Virus record (IMG/VR): IMGVR_UViG_3300017909_004140
Coordinates: 32,001 to 96,000 of that record
Strand: one strand, 5' to 3'
Origin: a virus
Taxonomy: Duplodnaviria > Caudoviricetes
DNA: 64,000 nt
The notes below the pieces were generated by a model. The model saw only the letters and a list, made by a program, of their open reading frames with translations. It was not told the DNA's origin and did no database searches. The position numbers and the translations under genes are program-made. Within the stretch, counting starts at the first letter, position 1, and each line of letters opens with the position of its first letter. Below, in pieces: positions 27,837 to 37,534 of this stretch.

Positions 27837-28888
27837 CTACACAAAAATTATCAACAAAAACAATAGATGTTTCTTCTCTTACTTCAGACGATGATGGTAA
27901 AAGAGTAACTGTTGACACTAATAATGCATTAGCGTTAATCGCAAGTGATAGTCCTTTTTTTGACCTCCCTAAATTTACCTATACAGGGAGTGTTGCAGGC
28001 TATACAGCAGGAGGTCGTGCTCCTCCTACTATGTACAATACAGTAGACAAATACCCTTTCAGTTCAGATACTAATGCTACTGACGTAGGAGATCTAACAA
28101 TTGCGCGTAACTACTACGCTGGGCAATCTTCTACTACACATGGATATGAAACTGGGGGACTAACTTCTGGCAGCCAAGAGACGCAAAAATTTCCTTTTTC
28201 TTCTGATGAAAACGCTACTGGAAATCTTTTTGATCTATCTATAAAACGATATGGAGGAGCAGGCTGTTCTTCTAGCACTCATGGATATCATGCAGGAGGC
28301 TACACTGTTCCAGGGCAACCAGTACCCGTAACCCAACAAAACATCATTGATAAGTTTCCTTTCTCTTCAGATGAGAATGCAACAGATGTAGGAGATTTAA
28401 CAGTAGCTAGAGGAGAGGCAGGTGCTGGTTTTTCTTTTGCCGAAACTGCGTATGCTGCCGGAGGAAGCCCTGCTACTGATGTGATAAATCGTTGGTCAAC
28501 TGTATCAGATGGAAATGCTACAGACGTCGGAGAACTATTGGTCGCAGTCAATGGGGGTTCTGGATCTAGTAGTGGAACTCACGGGTATCACTGTGGAGGA
28601 GATGATGGTTCTATTTCGCGTGATGAAATTTCAAAATTTTCGTTTACTTCAAACTCTCCTGCTACAGACATAGCAGAGCTAAGTAGAAGCGCAAGTTTTA
28701 TAGGAGGAGGAACCTCATCTACTACAAACGGTTATAGTGTCGGAGGACGACCTAGACCAAGTGTTGGAACTGATATTATAGATAAGTTTCCTTTTTCAAG
28801 CGATTCTCCTGCATCAGACATAGGAAATCTTACTGTAGCAAGGATAGAAGTAGCATCTAACCAATCAGGAATAACTCCAATAGCATAA
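27833..28888 (+). CDS. KFPF-repeat (Kelch-like propeller) protein, paralog 1; probably virion-associated
   Basis: About six repeats of SSTHGYxxGG...IDKFPFSSDxNATDVGDLTxAR. Confidence 0.7.
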   Translation: MTTQKLSTKTIDVSSLTSDDDGKRVTVDTNNALALIASDSPFFDLPKFTYTGSVAGYTAGGRAPPTMYNTVDKYPFSSDTNATDVGDLTIARNYYAGQSSTTHGYETGGLTSGSQETQKFPFSSDENATGNLFDLSIKRYGGAGCSSSTHGYHAGGYTVPGQPVPVTQQNIIDKFPFSSDENATDVGDLTVARGEAGAGFSFAETAYAAGGSPATDVINRWSTVSDGNATDVGELLVAVNGGSGSSSGTHGYHCGGDDGSISRDEISKFSFTSNSPATDIAELSRSASFIGGGTSSTTNGYSVGGRPRPSVGTDIIDKFPFSSDSPASDIGNLTVARIEVASNQSGITPIA

Positions 28889-28899
28889 AAGGTACTTAC

Positions 28900-30066
28900 A
28901 TGGCAGAACAAAAAATTCCAATTCATAATATTTCAGCTCCTGCAAGCGCAGTAGACGGCGATAAAATGGCCGTTGATCACTGGGCAGGAGGAGCCATTAG
29001 AATGGCTACTGATACTTTTGATACCCAGCCTTTACCTGCTATGCAAGGACAATCTATAAGTTATCAAACTTTTGGTGGATCAAATCCTCCTGTTTATCCA
29101 ACACAAAACGCGCAAATTACCAAATTTCCATTTGCTACTCATTCTCCTACGGCTGTAGGGCAAGAACCTACATGGGACTATACAAATCAAAGATGGAGAC
29201 AAGCACATACAACTGTGAGCGGTAGAGAGTATCTTTATAATATCGGAGCGGCTAGACCCATAAGCGCTCCTTACAATTCTAAAGCTGAATTTACTTCTTA
29301 TCTTCAGTTCTCTAATGACTCAATGGGTACAGGCTCTAGATGGCCTGGTCACGCAGCAAGATATAGTGCAGGAAGTTCTTCTACAACAAAAGGTTACATA
29401 TACGGAGGAGACTACTACGAGACTGGTCCTTATACAACTGCGTTTCCTCAAAGTGGAACATATGATAAAGTTTCTTCATTTCCTTTTGCTGATGCTACTA
29501 TCCCTAACACTGATGTAACTGAATTAGGAGCTAGCCTAACTTACTTGCATGGAACAGGCAATGACGATACAGCTTTTCTGTTTAACGGAACTACTGGTAA
29601 TCTATTTAGTCCTGGTATTCCGTCAGGATTACCTACAACTGTTCGTACAATGCCTTACGCTTCTGAAACTATATCTACTTCTCCCCAATCGATAGAGTAT
29701 GGATATGCTTTTGGTGCTACTTCTAGTTCTCCAACACATGGATATAGGCAAGGAGGGCAGCTAGGTTCTCCTTCACCTTCTCTAGCCGGACCTGGCAGAA
29801 CTCAGATAGTAAAATTTGCTTTTACCAATGACACATTCGGAGCATTTGCTGCCAATTTAGGAACAGCTGTAAAACAAAATGCAGGAACTAGTTCTGGAAC
29901 AGATGGATATTCTACAGGAGGCCATACAGGTCCTGCTTTTGCTAACTCTGTTGATCACATTCAAAAATTTCCCTTTGCTGCTGATGCTGACTCAACAGAT
30001 GTTGGAGAAATATCTACTTGGGGTAATACAGGAAACAGATACCTACATTCAGCAGGACAAGTTTAA
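28900..30066 (+). CDS. KFPF-repeat protein, paralog 2
   Basis: Diverged copies of the same repeat (ITKFPF, SSFPF, IQKFPFAADADSTDVGEI). Confidence 0.65.
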   Translation: MAEQKIPIHNISAPASAVDGDKMAVDHWAGGAIRMATDTFDTQPLPAMQGQSISYQTFGGSNPPVYPTQNAQITKFPFATHSPTAVGQEPTWDYTNQRWRQAHTTVSGREYLYNIGAARPISAPYNSKAEFTSYLQFSNDSMGTGSRWPGHAARYSAGSSSTTKGYIYGGDYYETGPYTTAFPQSGTYDKVSSFPFADATIPNTDVTELGASLTYLHGTGNDDTAFLFNGTTGNLFSPGIPSGLPTTVRTMPYASETISTSPQSIEYGYAFGATSSSPTHGYRQGGQLGSPSPSLAGPGRTQIVKFAFTNDTFGAFAANLGTAVKQNAGTSSGTDGYSTGGHTGPAFANSVDHIQKFPFAADADSTDVGEISTWGNTGNRYLHSAGQV

Positions 30067-30080
30067 CATAGGAGAATACT

Positions 30081-30425
30081 ATGGCAAAATATGAAAGACT
30101 GCCTTCAGGAAAAATTAAATATGCAGGACGCACTTTCGACGGCTTTAACAAGCCGCGTCGTAGTGACCGGGAAGGTAAAAAAGGAATGGTTCTTGCAAAA
30201 GATGGTGACAACATCAAATTAATTCATTTTGGAGATGCCAATATGGGACATAACTACTCTCCTGAGGCTAGACGCTCTTTTAAGGCTCGTCACGCAAAAA
30301 ATATTGCAAAAGGCAAGATGAGTGCAGCATACTGGGCAGATAAAGTATACTGGGCAGGACCTAGCGGCTCTAAAAAGTCTCCTCCAAAATCTCAAAAATA
30401 CACTAGAGGATTGAACAGAAAGTAA
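30081..30425 (+). CDS. Small basic phage protein (IHFG...RRSFKARH...SAAYW type)
   Basis: Motif pattern; strong SD; function unknown. Confidence 0.6.
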   Translation: MAKYERLPSGKIKYAGRTFDGFNKPRRSDREGKKGMVLAKDGDNIKLIHFGDANMGHNYSPEARRSFKARHAKNIAKGKMSAAYWADKVYWAGPSGSKKSPPKSQKYTRGLNRK

Positions 30426-30426
30426 G

Positions 30427-31431
30427 ATGGGAACTAAAAAGGTAGACATAGCAAACATTGATCTTACAGGAGTGAGCGTAGGAGCCAACGCTACCTATGT
30501 GGCTGCTAATGCACGCTTTGAATGGGTAAGTGGAACTTATTCAGCGGGCGGAGGAAGTAGTACTCCAAACGCGCAAGGAACCTCTTTTGGTTATCAAGCA
30601 AGCGGTATATCACAGATAAACGTTGTAGCTACTACTACAGATAAATACTCTTATACTTCAGATGCTAATGCTACAAATCCAGGAACTACCATAAGAAGTA
30701 CTGCGTCTTATCAAGCAGCCGGAGCCTCTTCTTCAACTGATGGATATATACACGGTGGACGAGTTCTACCTTCATCAGCAGGAACTACTACTATTGAAAA
30801 ATTTGATTTTGCCTCAGAATCAAATGGGGGAGATGGTGGGGAATTAAGTGTTGCCAGAACCTTACATGCAGGGGTTAGTGGTCCTACACATGCCTATTCT
30901 GCAGGAGCAGTGCCTGTTGTTAACAGTATTGAAAAATTTCCTTTTTCGTCTGATCAAGTAGGCACTGATGTTGGAGATTTAATATCCACTATGGGGTATA
31001 CTGCAGCGGGGCACTCTTCAACGTCTCACGGTTACATATCAGGAGGGGGTTTTCCAAATCGCGATAGTATAGAGAAGTTTCCTTTTAGTTCAGATACTAA
31101 CGCAACTGATGTAGGAGAGTTAGTATATTCTGCTTATTACGTGTCAGGTACTAATAGTTCTACTCACGGATATACATTAGGAGGAGTTACTCCTACTATT
31201 ATTGATCATATGCAAAAATTTCCTTTTAGTTCAGATTCTTCAGCAACGAACATAGGAGAATTAGCATCAACTTTTCCATTAGGTGGAGGATCAACTTCTT
31301 CTACTACAAATGGGTATGTTCATAAGAGGGCTACACTATTAAAACATTCGTTTTCTTCAGATAGCCCTGCTGCTTCAATTGGAACCACTCCTCTTGATTT
31401 AAATCAGGTTAGTAGCGGAATACAGGTATAA
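30427..31431 (+). CDS. KFPF-repeat protein, paralog 3
   Basis: IEKFPFSSDTNATDVGEL repeats; N-terminal KKVDIANID...FEWVSGT. Confidence 0.7.
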   Translation: MGTKKVDIANIDLTGVSVGANATYVAANARFEWVSGTYSAGGGSSTPNAQGTSFGYQASGISQINVVATTTDKYSYTSDANATNPGTTIRSTASYQAAGASSSTDGYIHGGRVLPSSAGTTTIEKFDFASESNGGDGGELSVARTLHAGVSGPTHAYSAGAVPVVNSIEKFPFSSDQVGTDVGDLISTMGYTAAGHSSTSHGYISGGGFPNRDSIEKFPFSSDTNATDVGELVYSAYYVSGTNSSTHGYTLGGVTPTIIDHMQKFPFSSDSSATNIGELASTFPLGGGSTSSTTNGYVHKRATLLKHSFSSDSPAASIGTTPLDLNQVSSGIQV

Positions 31432-31433
31432 GA

Positions 31434-31604
31434 ATGATAGCCTATAAAAGCAATAACAAAAAAACTTGTAACTCTTGTGGACACGACTGCCACTGTAAAT
31501 GGGATGCTTGCGATTGCGGCTGTGATGTTTGTGACTGTGGAACAGTTTATGACGATTTACCAAGCGATGTAGAACCAAAAGCCGAAGAAAGGATGTTAGC
31601 ATGA
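31434..31604 (+). CDS. Cys-rich metallothionein-like 56-aa protein (not in ORF track)
   Basis: MIAYKSNNKKTCNSCGHDCHCKWDACDCGCDVCDCGTVYDDLPSDVEPKAEERMLA; fills the gap with an ATGA overlap. Confidence 0.65.
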   Translation: MIAYKSNNKKTCNSCGHDCHCKWDACDCGCDVCDCGTVYDDLPSDVEPKAEERMLA

Positions 31605-31816
31605 CTGATAAACAACTAAGGTATATCAAAGTACGCATTGACCAGCTAAAAGACGATCAAGCAAAAGCACATGATGCATATGATAAACAGTGGTATAATA
31701 GATGTATTCAAGAACTAGACTGGGTTTTACAAATGGATTCTAAACCTACTCATAATTGTTATATGTCGGGGGAAATTACTTCGGATGCAGCAGGATTTAA
31801 ACTAAGCAACTTTTGA
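31601..31816 (+). CDS. Hypothetical protein
   Basis: ORF track; coupled start. Confidence 0.6.
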   Translation: MTDKQLRYIKVRIDQLKDDQAKAHDAYDKQWYNRCIQELDWVLQMDSKPTHNCYMSGEITSDAAGFKLSNF

Positions 31817-31831
31817 TTATAAGGAGTATTT

Positions 31832-32275
31832 ATGAACATTGATAAATTAAGAGAGGAATTAGCTTATGACGAAGGTGTCGTACATAAAGTTTATTTGGAC
31901 CATCTCGGTCTGCCTACTTTTGGTATTGGTCATCTTATTCGCGAGTCGGACCCAGAGTATGGAGCCGAGGTTGGAACGCCCATTAGTGACGATAGAGTCG
32001 TTGAAGCCTTCGAGCAGGATATCCAAACAGTCTTGTCAGATTGCGACAAGCTATACTCAGACTTTAGCAGTTTGCCAGAAGAAGCTCAACTAATTATTGC
32101 TAATATGATGTTTAATTTAGGATATCCGAGACTGTCTAAGTTTAAAGGCATGAAACGTGGAGTTGATGCTCGTGATTGGAATGCTGCAGCTGACGAAATG
32201 GTAGACTCTCGTTGGTATCGTCAAGTTACAAAACGAGCTGATAGGCTTGTTGATAGAATGAGAGCGCTTGCCTAA
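31832..32275 (+). CDS. Endolysin, T4-type (GH24) lysozyme
   Basis: DEGVVHKVYLDHLGLPTFGIGHL (E-x8-D-x5-T triad), MMFNLG, SRWYRQV..RA. Confidence 0.93.
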   Translation: MNIDKLREELAYDEGVVHKVYLDHLGLPTFGIGHLIRESDPEYGAEVGTPISDDRVVEAFEQDIQTVLSDCDKLYSDFSSLPEEAQLIIANMMFNLGYPRLSKFKGMKRGVDARDWNAAADEMVDSRWYRQVTKRADRLVDRMRALA

Positions 32276-32780
32276 GATGTTAAAGATATATGCGTTAGTT
32301 GTAGTCATTGCTGTGTTAGGAGGCATTGGATACAGTGCAAAATACTACTATGACACTACACAAGCTACAATTTCTACTCTTAAAGAAAATAACGCAAAGC
32401 TAGAAGTAGCTATACAAACAGCAACAGAAAGTGTTAAAACTCTTCAACAAGATATGGCACGACTAGGAGAACTAAACTCTGAGCTACAAGCCTCTCTACA
32501 AAAAGCTGAGGCATATGGAGACGAGCTTAGACAAAAATTAAATAAAATGAATCTTGTAATAGAAGCACTTAGAGATTCTAAACAACTAGAAGGAAAAATG
32601 AATGGCGCTACAGCAAACCTATGGCGTGAGTTTATGGACGATACTGGTAATGATAGGGAGTATCCTCTTCCTCAGTGGTTGCAGCCGATTCCAGCCGGAA
32701 CCGGAGATCAAGGTAGTGACCCAGATAGAGAAGGTTCAGATACCAACAGTAGCGCGTCCGAAACCTCTCCAACTCAATGA
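32268..32780 (+). CDS. i-spanin (Rz-like)
   Basis: N-terminal TM plus long coiled coil, directly after the endolysin. Confidence 0.75.
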   Translation: MPKMLKIYALVVVIAVLGGIGYSAKYYYDTTQATISTLKENNAKLEVAIQTATESVKTLQQDMARLGELNSELQASLQKAEAYGDELRQKLNKMNLVIEALRDSKQLEGKMNGATANLWREFMDDTGNDREYPLPQWLQPIPAGTGDQGSDPDREGSDTNSSASETSPTQ

Positions 32781-33003
32781 TACTCGTGTTTTTGTAGTAA
32801 CAAAAAAGAACTTTGAGGAGTTTGAAAAAGAATTTGTAGAAGCATATGGAGAGTTTGCTTTTGTAGCTCTTAGTATGAAAGACTATGAAAATCTTGCATT
32901 AAATATTGCAGATATTCGTAGATTCTTGAATCAACAAGAAGAAATCATACTATACTATGAAAAAGCTGTGACAACTCCTGCGGAGGATACTGATGGCAAT
33001 TAG
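32602..33003 (+). CDS. o-spanin lipoprotein (Rz1-like)
   Basis: Lipobox LFLSGC, Pro-rich mature N-terminus, overlaps the i-spanin 3' end in another frame. Confidence 0.75.
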   Translation: MALQQTYGVSLWTILVMIGSILFLSGCSRFQPEPEIKVVTQIEKVQIPTVARPKPLQLNDTRVFVVTKKNFEEFEKEFVEAYGEFAFVALSMKDYENLALNIADIRRFLNQQEEIILYYEKAVTTPAEDTDGN

Positions 33004-34018
33004 AAAAGTAGATATAAGAAATATTGACACAACAGGCGCAAAAGTTGGAGCTAACTTAGTATATAGTCACGGTAATACCTCTTTTGAGTGGGTAAGTGGG
33101 ACTTTTACGCCAACGGTAGCTCCCTCAAATTTAGCTGGTTATGTTGCAGGCAGCTCATACGGATATGATGTGGGGGGTAATGTAACTAATGCAGGTATTA
33201 ATCGATACCCTTTTTCTTCAGATACTGATGCTACAGATGTGGGAGAAGTAATAAGTTCTAGTCATACTCAATTTGAGGGCACAGGTACTTGTTCTACTAC
33301 TTATGGGTATACTGCAGGAGGACAGCAACCAACCAGTACTCCTTCTCCTTCAAACAATATTTTACGTTTTCCCTTTACTTCTCCTGAGGGCGTTGCTTCA
33401 GATGTTGGACAGTTAACAGCAACTACTAGGTTATGTTGTGGGGGCATCTCAGATCTCGCTAATGATCGTGGATATAATGTAGGCGACATTACAGATAAAA
33501 CTATGATGAATCGCTATCCAACAGTGTCTCCTGGAAACGCAACAGATGTAGGAAATTTAGCTACTCCTAGATTTTGGGGAGCTGGTTCTTCTAGTGAGAC
33601 TGATGGATATGTTATTGGTGGCGAGACTCCTGCAGATACAAATAAAATTGAAAAATTTCCTTTTGCTTCTGAGTCTTCTTCTAACCAACCTGCTACTATA
33701 CTTGCAGTTAATAGATCACAGCACGGTCATCAAGGAGAAACTCACATATATGTGAGTGGAGGTATTAGTAACGCTGATGTAATACAGAAGTTTACCTATG
33801 CTGCTGACACTCCTGCTACAGACGTAGGAGAACTAGCAACCCCTAACTCGATGCACGGAGGAACTAGTGCCACAACAGGATATGGCTATCTAACATCAGG
33901 ATACCCATTAAATAGAAGAATTGAAAAATTTTCAATGATATCTGATGGAGGATCAACTTCTGTAGGAAATCTTACAGGATCAAACAGATATAGAACTCAA
34001 GGTAACATACAAGTATAA
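32993..34018 (+). CDS. KFPF-repeat protein, paralog 4
   Basis: RYPFSSDTDATDVGE and IEKFPFASE repeats; N-terminus RKVDIRNID...FEWVSGT shared with paralog 3. Confidence 0.7.
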   Translation: MAIRKVDIRNIDTTGAKVGANLVYSHGNTSFEWVSGTFTPTVAPSNLAGYVAGSSYGYDVGGNVTNAGINRYPFSSDTDATDVGEVISSSHTQFEGTGTCSTTYGYTAGGQQPTSTPSPSNNILRFPFTSPEGVASDVGQLTATTRLCCGGISDLANDRGYNVGDITDKTMMNRYPTVSPGNATDVGNLATPRFWGAGSSSETDGYVIGGETPADTNKIEKFPFASESSSNQPATILAVNRSQHGHQGETHIYVSGGISNADVIQKFTYAADTPATDVGELATPNSMHGGTSATTGYGYLTSGYPLNRRIEKFSMISDGGSTSVGNLTGSNRYRTQGNIQV

Positions 34019-34037
34019 AATAAGGATGACATAAATA

Positions 34038-34325
34038 ATGTGGTTTTTTCTAATTAAAGCTATAGCAGGATCTATCATAGGAGCTGCTACAGAATCGTGG
34101 TTTAGAGATACAAAAATAGGAGTTTGGTTTTATGCTAAAGTGGATTCGCTCTATACTTGGGCATCAAAAAGATACGGAGTTAAAATACTCACAGACGAGC
34201 AGAAAAGACTTAAAAAATTCCCCGAACTGTCAAGAAGACTCGAGAGTCTCGAATCTCGTGTTAAAGTACTCGAAAGACAAAAACCTGACGGATACTCAGG
34301 TAATGGATATCAGGACTCGTTTTAA
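34038..34325 (+). CDS. Hypothetical protein (hydrophobic N-terminus, C-terminal coiled coil)
   Basis: ORF track. Confidence 0.55.
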   Translation: MWFFLIKAIAGSIIGAATESWFRDTKIGVWFYAKVDSLYTWASKRYGVKILTDEQKRLKKFPELSRRLESLESRVKVLERQKPDGYSGNGYQDSF

Positions 34326-34374
34326 CACTTGGGAAAAAGATGGCAGAGAAATAGACTTTTGAAAGGATTGAAAA

Positions 34375-34719
34375 ATGGCTGATGAAAAGATTGTCAAAAC
34401 AGTTGACCCTGAAGTAGCTGCAAAAGACATGAACGGAGATGGACACATCTCTCGAGAAGAAGTTGAGATGAACCTAGAATTTAGACGCAAAGAGCTAGAA
34501 GACGCCGATGCTCGTAGAGATGCTATGAGAAAAATGACTTGGTTTGCATTACTAGGAATGTTACTCTATCCAGCAGGAATTTTTGTAACATCTTTCTTAG
34601 GACAAGAAAAAGCAGCAGTAATTATTGGTGATATTGCTCCTACATATTTTGTTGCTATTTCAGCACTAGTTGCAGCATATTTTGGTGCAAACGCCTATGC
34701 AGATAAAAAGAGTAAGTAA
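34375..34719 (+). CDS. Putative holin with N-terminal EF-hand-like loop
   Basis: DMNGDGHISREE; two TM helices; ..YFG.. and a basic C-terminus. Confidence 0.55.
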   Translation: MADEKIVKTVDPEVAAKDMNGDGHISREEVEMNLEFRRKELEDADARRDAMRKMTWFALLGMLLYPAGIFVTSFLGQEKAAVIIGDIAPTYFVAISALVAAYFGANAYADKKSK

Positions 34720-35466
34720 ATGGATAAAAGAACATTAGAAAGAGCAGAATTTTGCTCTATGCTTTCTACTATGGTGTATACTAATGCTCAAAAAATCAGA
34801 AGCAGATTTTTAGGTACAGTAGAAGATATAAATAATTTTGTTTTTATCTCTGAGGGAGGCACAGAAGTTGTGCTTTTTACTCAAAGAGGAGTCAAATATA
34901 TCGTATTTAGAGGCACCGAACCTAATAAGTTTGAAGATATTAAGGCAGATCTAAAAGCGTACAGAAGACGTTCAGATACTAAAGGACGTGTTCATGCTGG
35001 ATTTAAAGATGCACTAGATTTAGTTTGGCAAAAAATTGAAGCATGGCATAAAAAGTTTCCACTTCAAGGACACACTATTATCTGTGGTCATTCTTTAGGA
35101 GGAGCCTTAGCTACTCTTGCAGGATCAAGAATCAAACATAGTGAGGTGTATACTTTTGGATCGCCTAGAGTGGGAAATAGAAAATGGTGTAAACACCAAA
35201 ACTTCCAACACTATAGGTTTGTAAACAATAACGATATTGTTACTAAAGTACCTTTTTTCTTGCTAGGATACAAACATTATGGTAATCTACAGTATATTAA
35301 TTATTATGGAAATGTAAGAAAAGCAACTTACTGGCAAAGAACTAAAGACCAGTGGAGAGGAAGATATAAAGCCTTTCAAAAAAGACAGTGGTTTGATGGT
35401 ATATATGACCATAATATTTCAGATTATCATAAGAAAATAAGTAATGTATTACGTAGCAGTAGTTAA
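34720..35466 (+). CDS. Class 3 lipase
   Basis: VFRGT, VHAGF, GHSLGGALA, YTFGSPRVGN, RFVNNNDIV..VP, DH. Confidence 0.92.
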   Translation: MDKRTLERAEFCSMLSTMVYTNAQKIRSRFLGTVEDINNFVFISEGGTEVVLFTQRGVKYIVFRGTEPNKFEDIKADLKAYRRRSDTKGRVHAGFKDALDLVWQKIEAWHKKFPLQGHTIICGHSLGGALATLAGSRIKHSEVYTFGSPRVGNRKWCKHQNFQHYRFVNNNDIVTKVPFFLLGYKHYGNLQYINYYGNVRKATYWQRTKDQWRGRYKAFQKRQWFDGIYDHNISDYHKKISNVLRSSS

Positions 35467-35638
35467 ATGCCCTCATTGTGAAACAAAACAAAATACATTT
35501 GTAGGACAAGGTTCTTTTTTTCCTACAGATGTACTACACTGTATAAACTGTAATCATATGTTCGATCAAAGTGCCGAGCTTTATGAAATTCCTTATCTTT
35601 CTGTATTCAATAAAAGTAATAATCACCTTGCTACTTAG
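35444..35638 (+). CDS. Zn-ribbon protein
   Basis: CPHC...CINC. Confidence 0.6.
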   Translation: MYYVAVVKCPHCETKQNTFVGQGSFFPTDVLHCINCNHMFDQSAELYEIPYLSVFNKSNNHLAT

Positions 35639-35680
35639 TGCTCTTTTTGTTATACTTAGTTATAAATCAAAGAGGAGACA

Positions 35681-35959
35681 GTGATGGCAAAAGGTAAAAA
35701 ATCTTCCGGTAAAAAATATCAATCAAAAGGTGAGCGTCAGTCTGTATCCCAAAAAACTATTTTGGGTATGAGACGCGATCGCTCATCTTATTGGAAAGAC
35801 TCTAATATTGTTAAAAGCTGGAGAAAAGGTGAAAATCCTTGGATTACGGTTATGAATCCTAATAAAGAAGAGACGAATAAGCGTATGATTCGAGTTCGTA
35901 CTAATGATTTTTGGGGATTTCCTAAATCTGCTCAAATTAAAATGAGAACCTTTTCATGA
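35681..35959 (+). CDS. Basic hypothetical protein
   Basis: Promoter TTGCTA-17-TATACT and GAGGAG SD upstream. Confidence 0.65.
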   Translation: MMAKGKKSSGKKYQSKGERQSVSQKTILGMRRDRSSYWKDSNIVKSWRKGENPWITVMNPNKEETNKRMIRVRTNDFWGFPKSAQIKMRTFS

Positions 35960-36282
35960 GCATTGACTATAAATATAATGAGCCTGAGATTTTAGCAGAG
36001 ATATCTGACTATATAGATAGCACTTATGATCAACACTACTCTCTAAATAAATTTCAGGCTACTGAATTTATTATAGACTCAGGGCAAGGAGAAGGTTTTT
36101 GTCTTGGTAATATACTAAAATATGCACAACGCTATGGAAAAAAGAGTGGTAAAAATAGAAAAGATCTGTTGAAGATCATTCATTATGGTGTTATGGCGCT
36201 ACACAATCATGATCTAGTAGAAGAAGGAAAAAATAATGCAAGTAAGGCTGATAAGCTATACCCAGGCAGCAGAGTCCTCTGA
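35956..36282 (+). CDS. DUF3310-like phage protein
   Basis: QHYS...GFCLGNILKYAQRYGKK.GKNRKDLLKIIHY. Confidence 0.75.
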   Translation: MSIDYKYNEPEILAEISDYIDSTYDQHYSLNKFQATEFIIDSGQGEGFCLGNILKYAQRYGKKSGKNRKDLLKIIHYGVMALHNHDLVEEGKNNASKADKLYPGSRVL

Positions 36283-36895
36283 TTTAGAAGACGGAAATGC
36301 ACAAGATCTCATTGCATACTGTGCTAGAGTATCAAACCCCTCTAACCAGATGAATAGTGAAACAAGTGCTAAACTGATTAAATACCTAATAAATAATCAG
36401 CACTGGTCTCCGCTAGAGATGGTAAATGTTTGTTTAGAGATTGAGACTACACGAGATATTGCGCATCAGATTGTACGCCATCGCTCATTTTCTTTTCAAG
36501 AGTTTTCTCAAAGGTACGCTGATCCAAAAGAGTTTGGTGATCAGTTTGTAAGACGAGAAGCACGACTTCAAGATAGAAAGAACCGACAAAACTCTATTGA
36601 AACTGATGATGAAGAGCTACAAAAACAGTGGTTGATTCAACAAGATCAGGTGATTTTAGCAGCAGACAAAGCTTATAACTGGGCTATTGAGAATGGAATT
36701 GCTAAAGAACAGGCTCGTGTAGTTCTTCCAGAAGGCCTTACTAAAACTCGTTTATATATGAATGGTACTATTAGAAGCTGGGTACACTATATTCAACTAC
36801 GCGGAGCAAATGGTACACAAAAAGAACATATGGATATCGCTCATGAGTGCGCCAAAGTCATAGCTAATGTTTTTCCAATGGCTGAGTATCTATAA
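36236..36895 (+). CDS. thyX: Flavin-dependent thymidylate synthase
   Basis: ARVS, HWSPLEM, RHRSFSFQEFSQRY, KEQARVVLP, TQKEH. Confidence 0.96.
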   Translation: MQVRLISYTQAAESSDLEDGNAQDLIAYCARVSNPSNQMNSETSAKLIKYLINNQHWSPLEMVNVCLEIETTRDIAHQIVRHRSFSFQEFSQRYADPKEFGDQFVRREARLQDRKNRQNSIETDDEELQKQWLIQQDQVILAADKAYNWAIENGIAKEQARVVLPEGLTKTRLYMNGTIRSWVHYIQLRGANGTQKEHMDIAHECAKVIANVFPMAEYL

Positions 36896-37534
36896 ACAAG
36901 AAAGGTCTCTCATCTCAAAGTGAAATGGAAATAGATAGCGTTTTACTTTTAAAACACTTTTATCTTCTTCTGTATAAGTAATCCCGTAGCATTTAGTTGC
37001 GGGATTTTCTATAGGTTCTTCAATTTCTGGAACCCAATCTCCCCAGTACGATTGTACGATAAAATCATGAGAGTTAAAAAAGTAAACATCTCTATAGTTC
37101 TTATCTAGTCCATGACTTCTTCCAATGCCAAACTGATTACCTATAGCTGATTTATAGGGAAGTTGAGGCAATTCATACTTATACATGTCTGCATCATAAG
37201 TTTTTAGCACTCTTTTTTTACTGCTTAGATAGTATTTTATTGCATAAAAGTCTAGTGAGTTAAAGTTCTCTACTTCAAACTCTTCTCTTAAATAGTGTGG
37301 ACATTTTTCATCAAAAACAACAACTATTGCGTCTTCTTCATAAGTAGTGTTATTTTTTGAGTGATAACTAATCATATCATAAGAAAAACATAAATCTTTA
37401 TTAACCTCTTCACTGAAGTAAGTAAATAGTTTATTTTTTAATTCTAACACATCAGAATCATTTGAATTACCTTTGTAAACATATTCTACAATATTATCAG
37501 AGTCATATTGAATTTCTACAAATTTATCAGTCAT
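36890..37534 (-). CDS. Hypothetical protein (last gene of the radical SAM operon)
   Basis: ORF track; overlaps the upstream gene. Confidence 0.6.
   Translation of the reverse strand: MTDKFVEIQYDSDNIVEYVYKGNSNDSDVLELKNKLFTYFSEEVNKDLCFSYDMISYHSKNNTTYEEDAIVVVFDEKCPHYLREEFEVENFNSLDFYAIKYYLSSKKRVLKTYDADMYKYELPQLPYKSAIGNQFGIGRSHGLDKNYRDVYFFNSHDFIVQSYWGDWVPEIEEPIENPATKCYGITYTEEDKSVLKVKRYLFPFHFEMRDLSCL

Noticed and set aside
27833-34018. Recurring DNA words such as AAATTTCCTTTT..TCAGAT as a CRISPR array or DGR repeats
   Set aside because: They are degenerate, in-frame protein repeats with synonymous variation; there are no identical repeat-spacer units and no reverse transcriptase.
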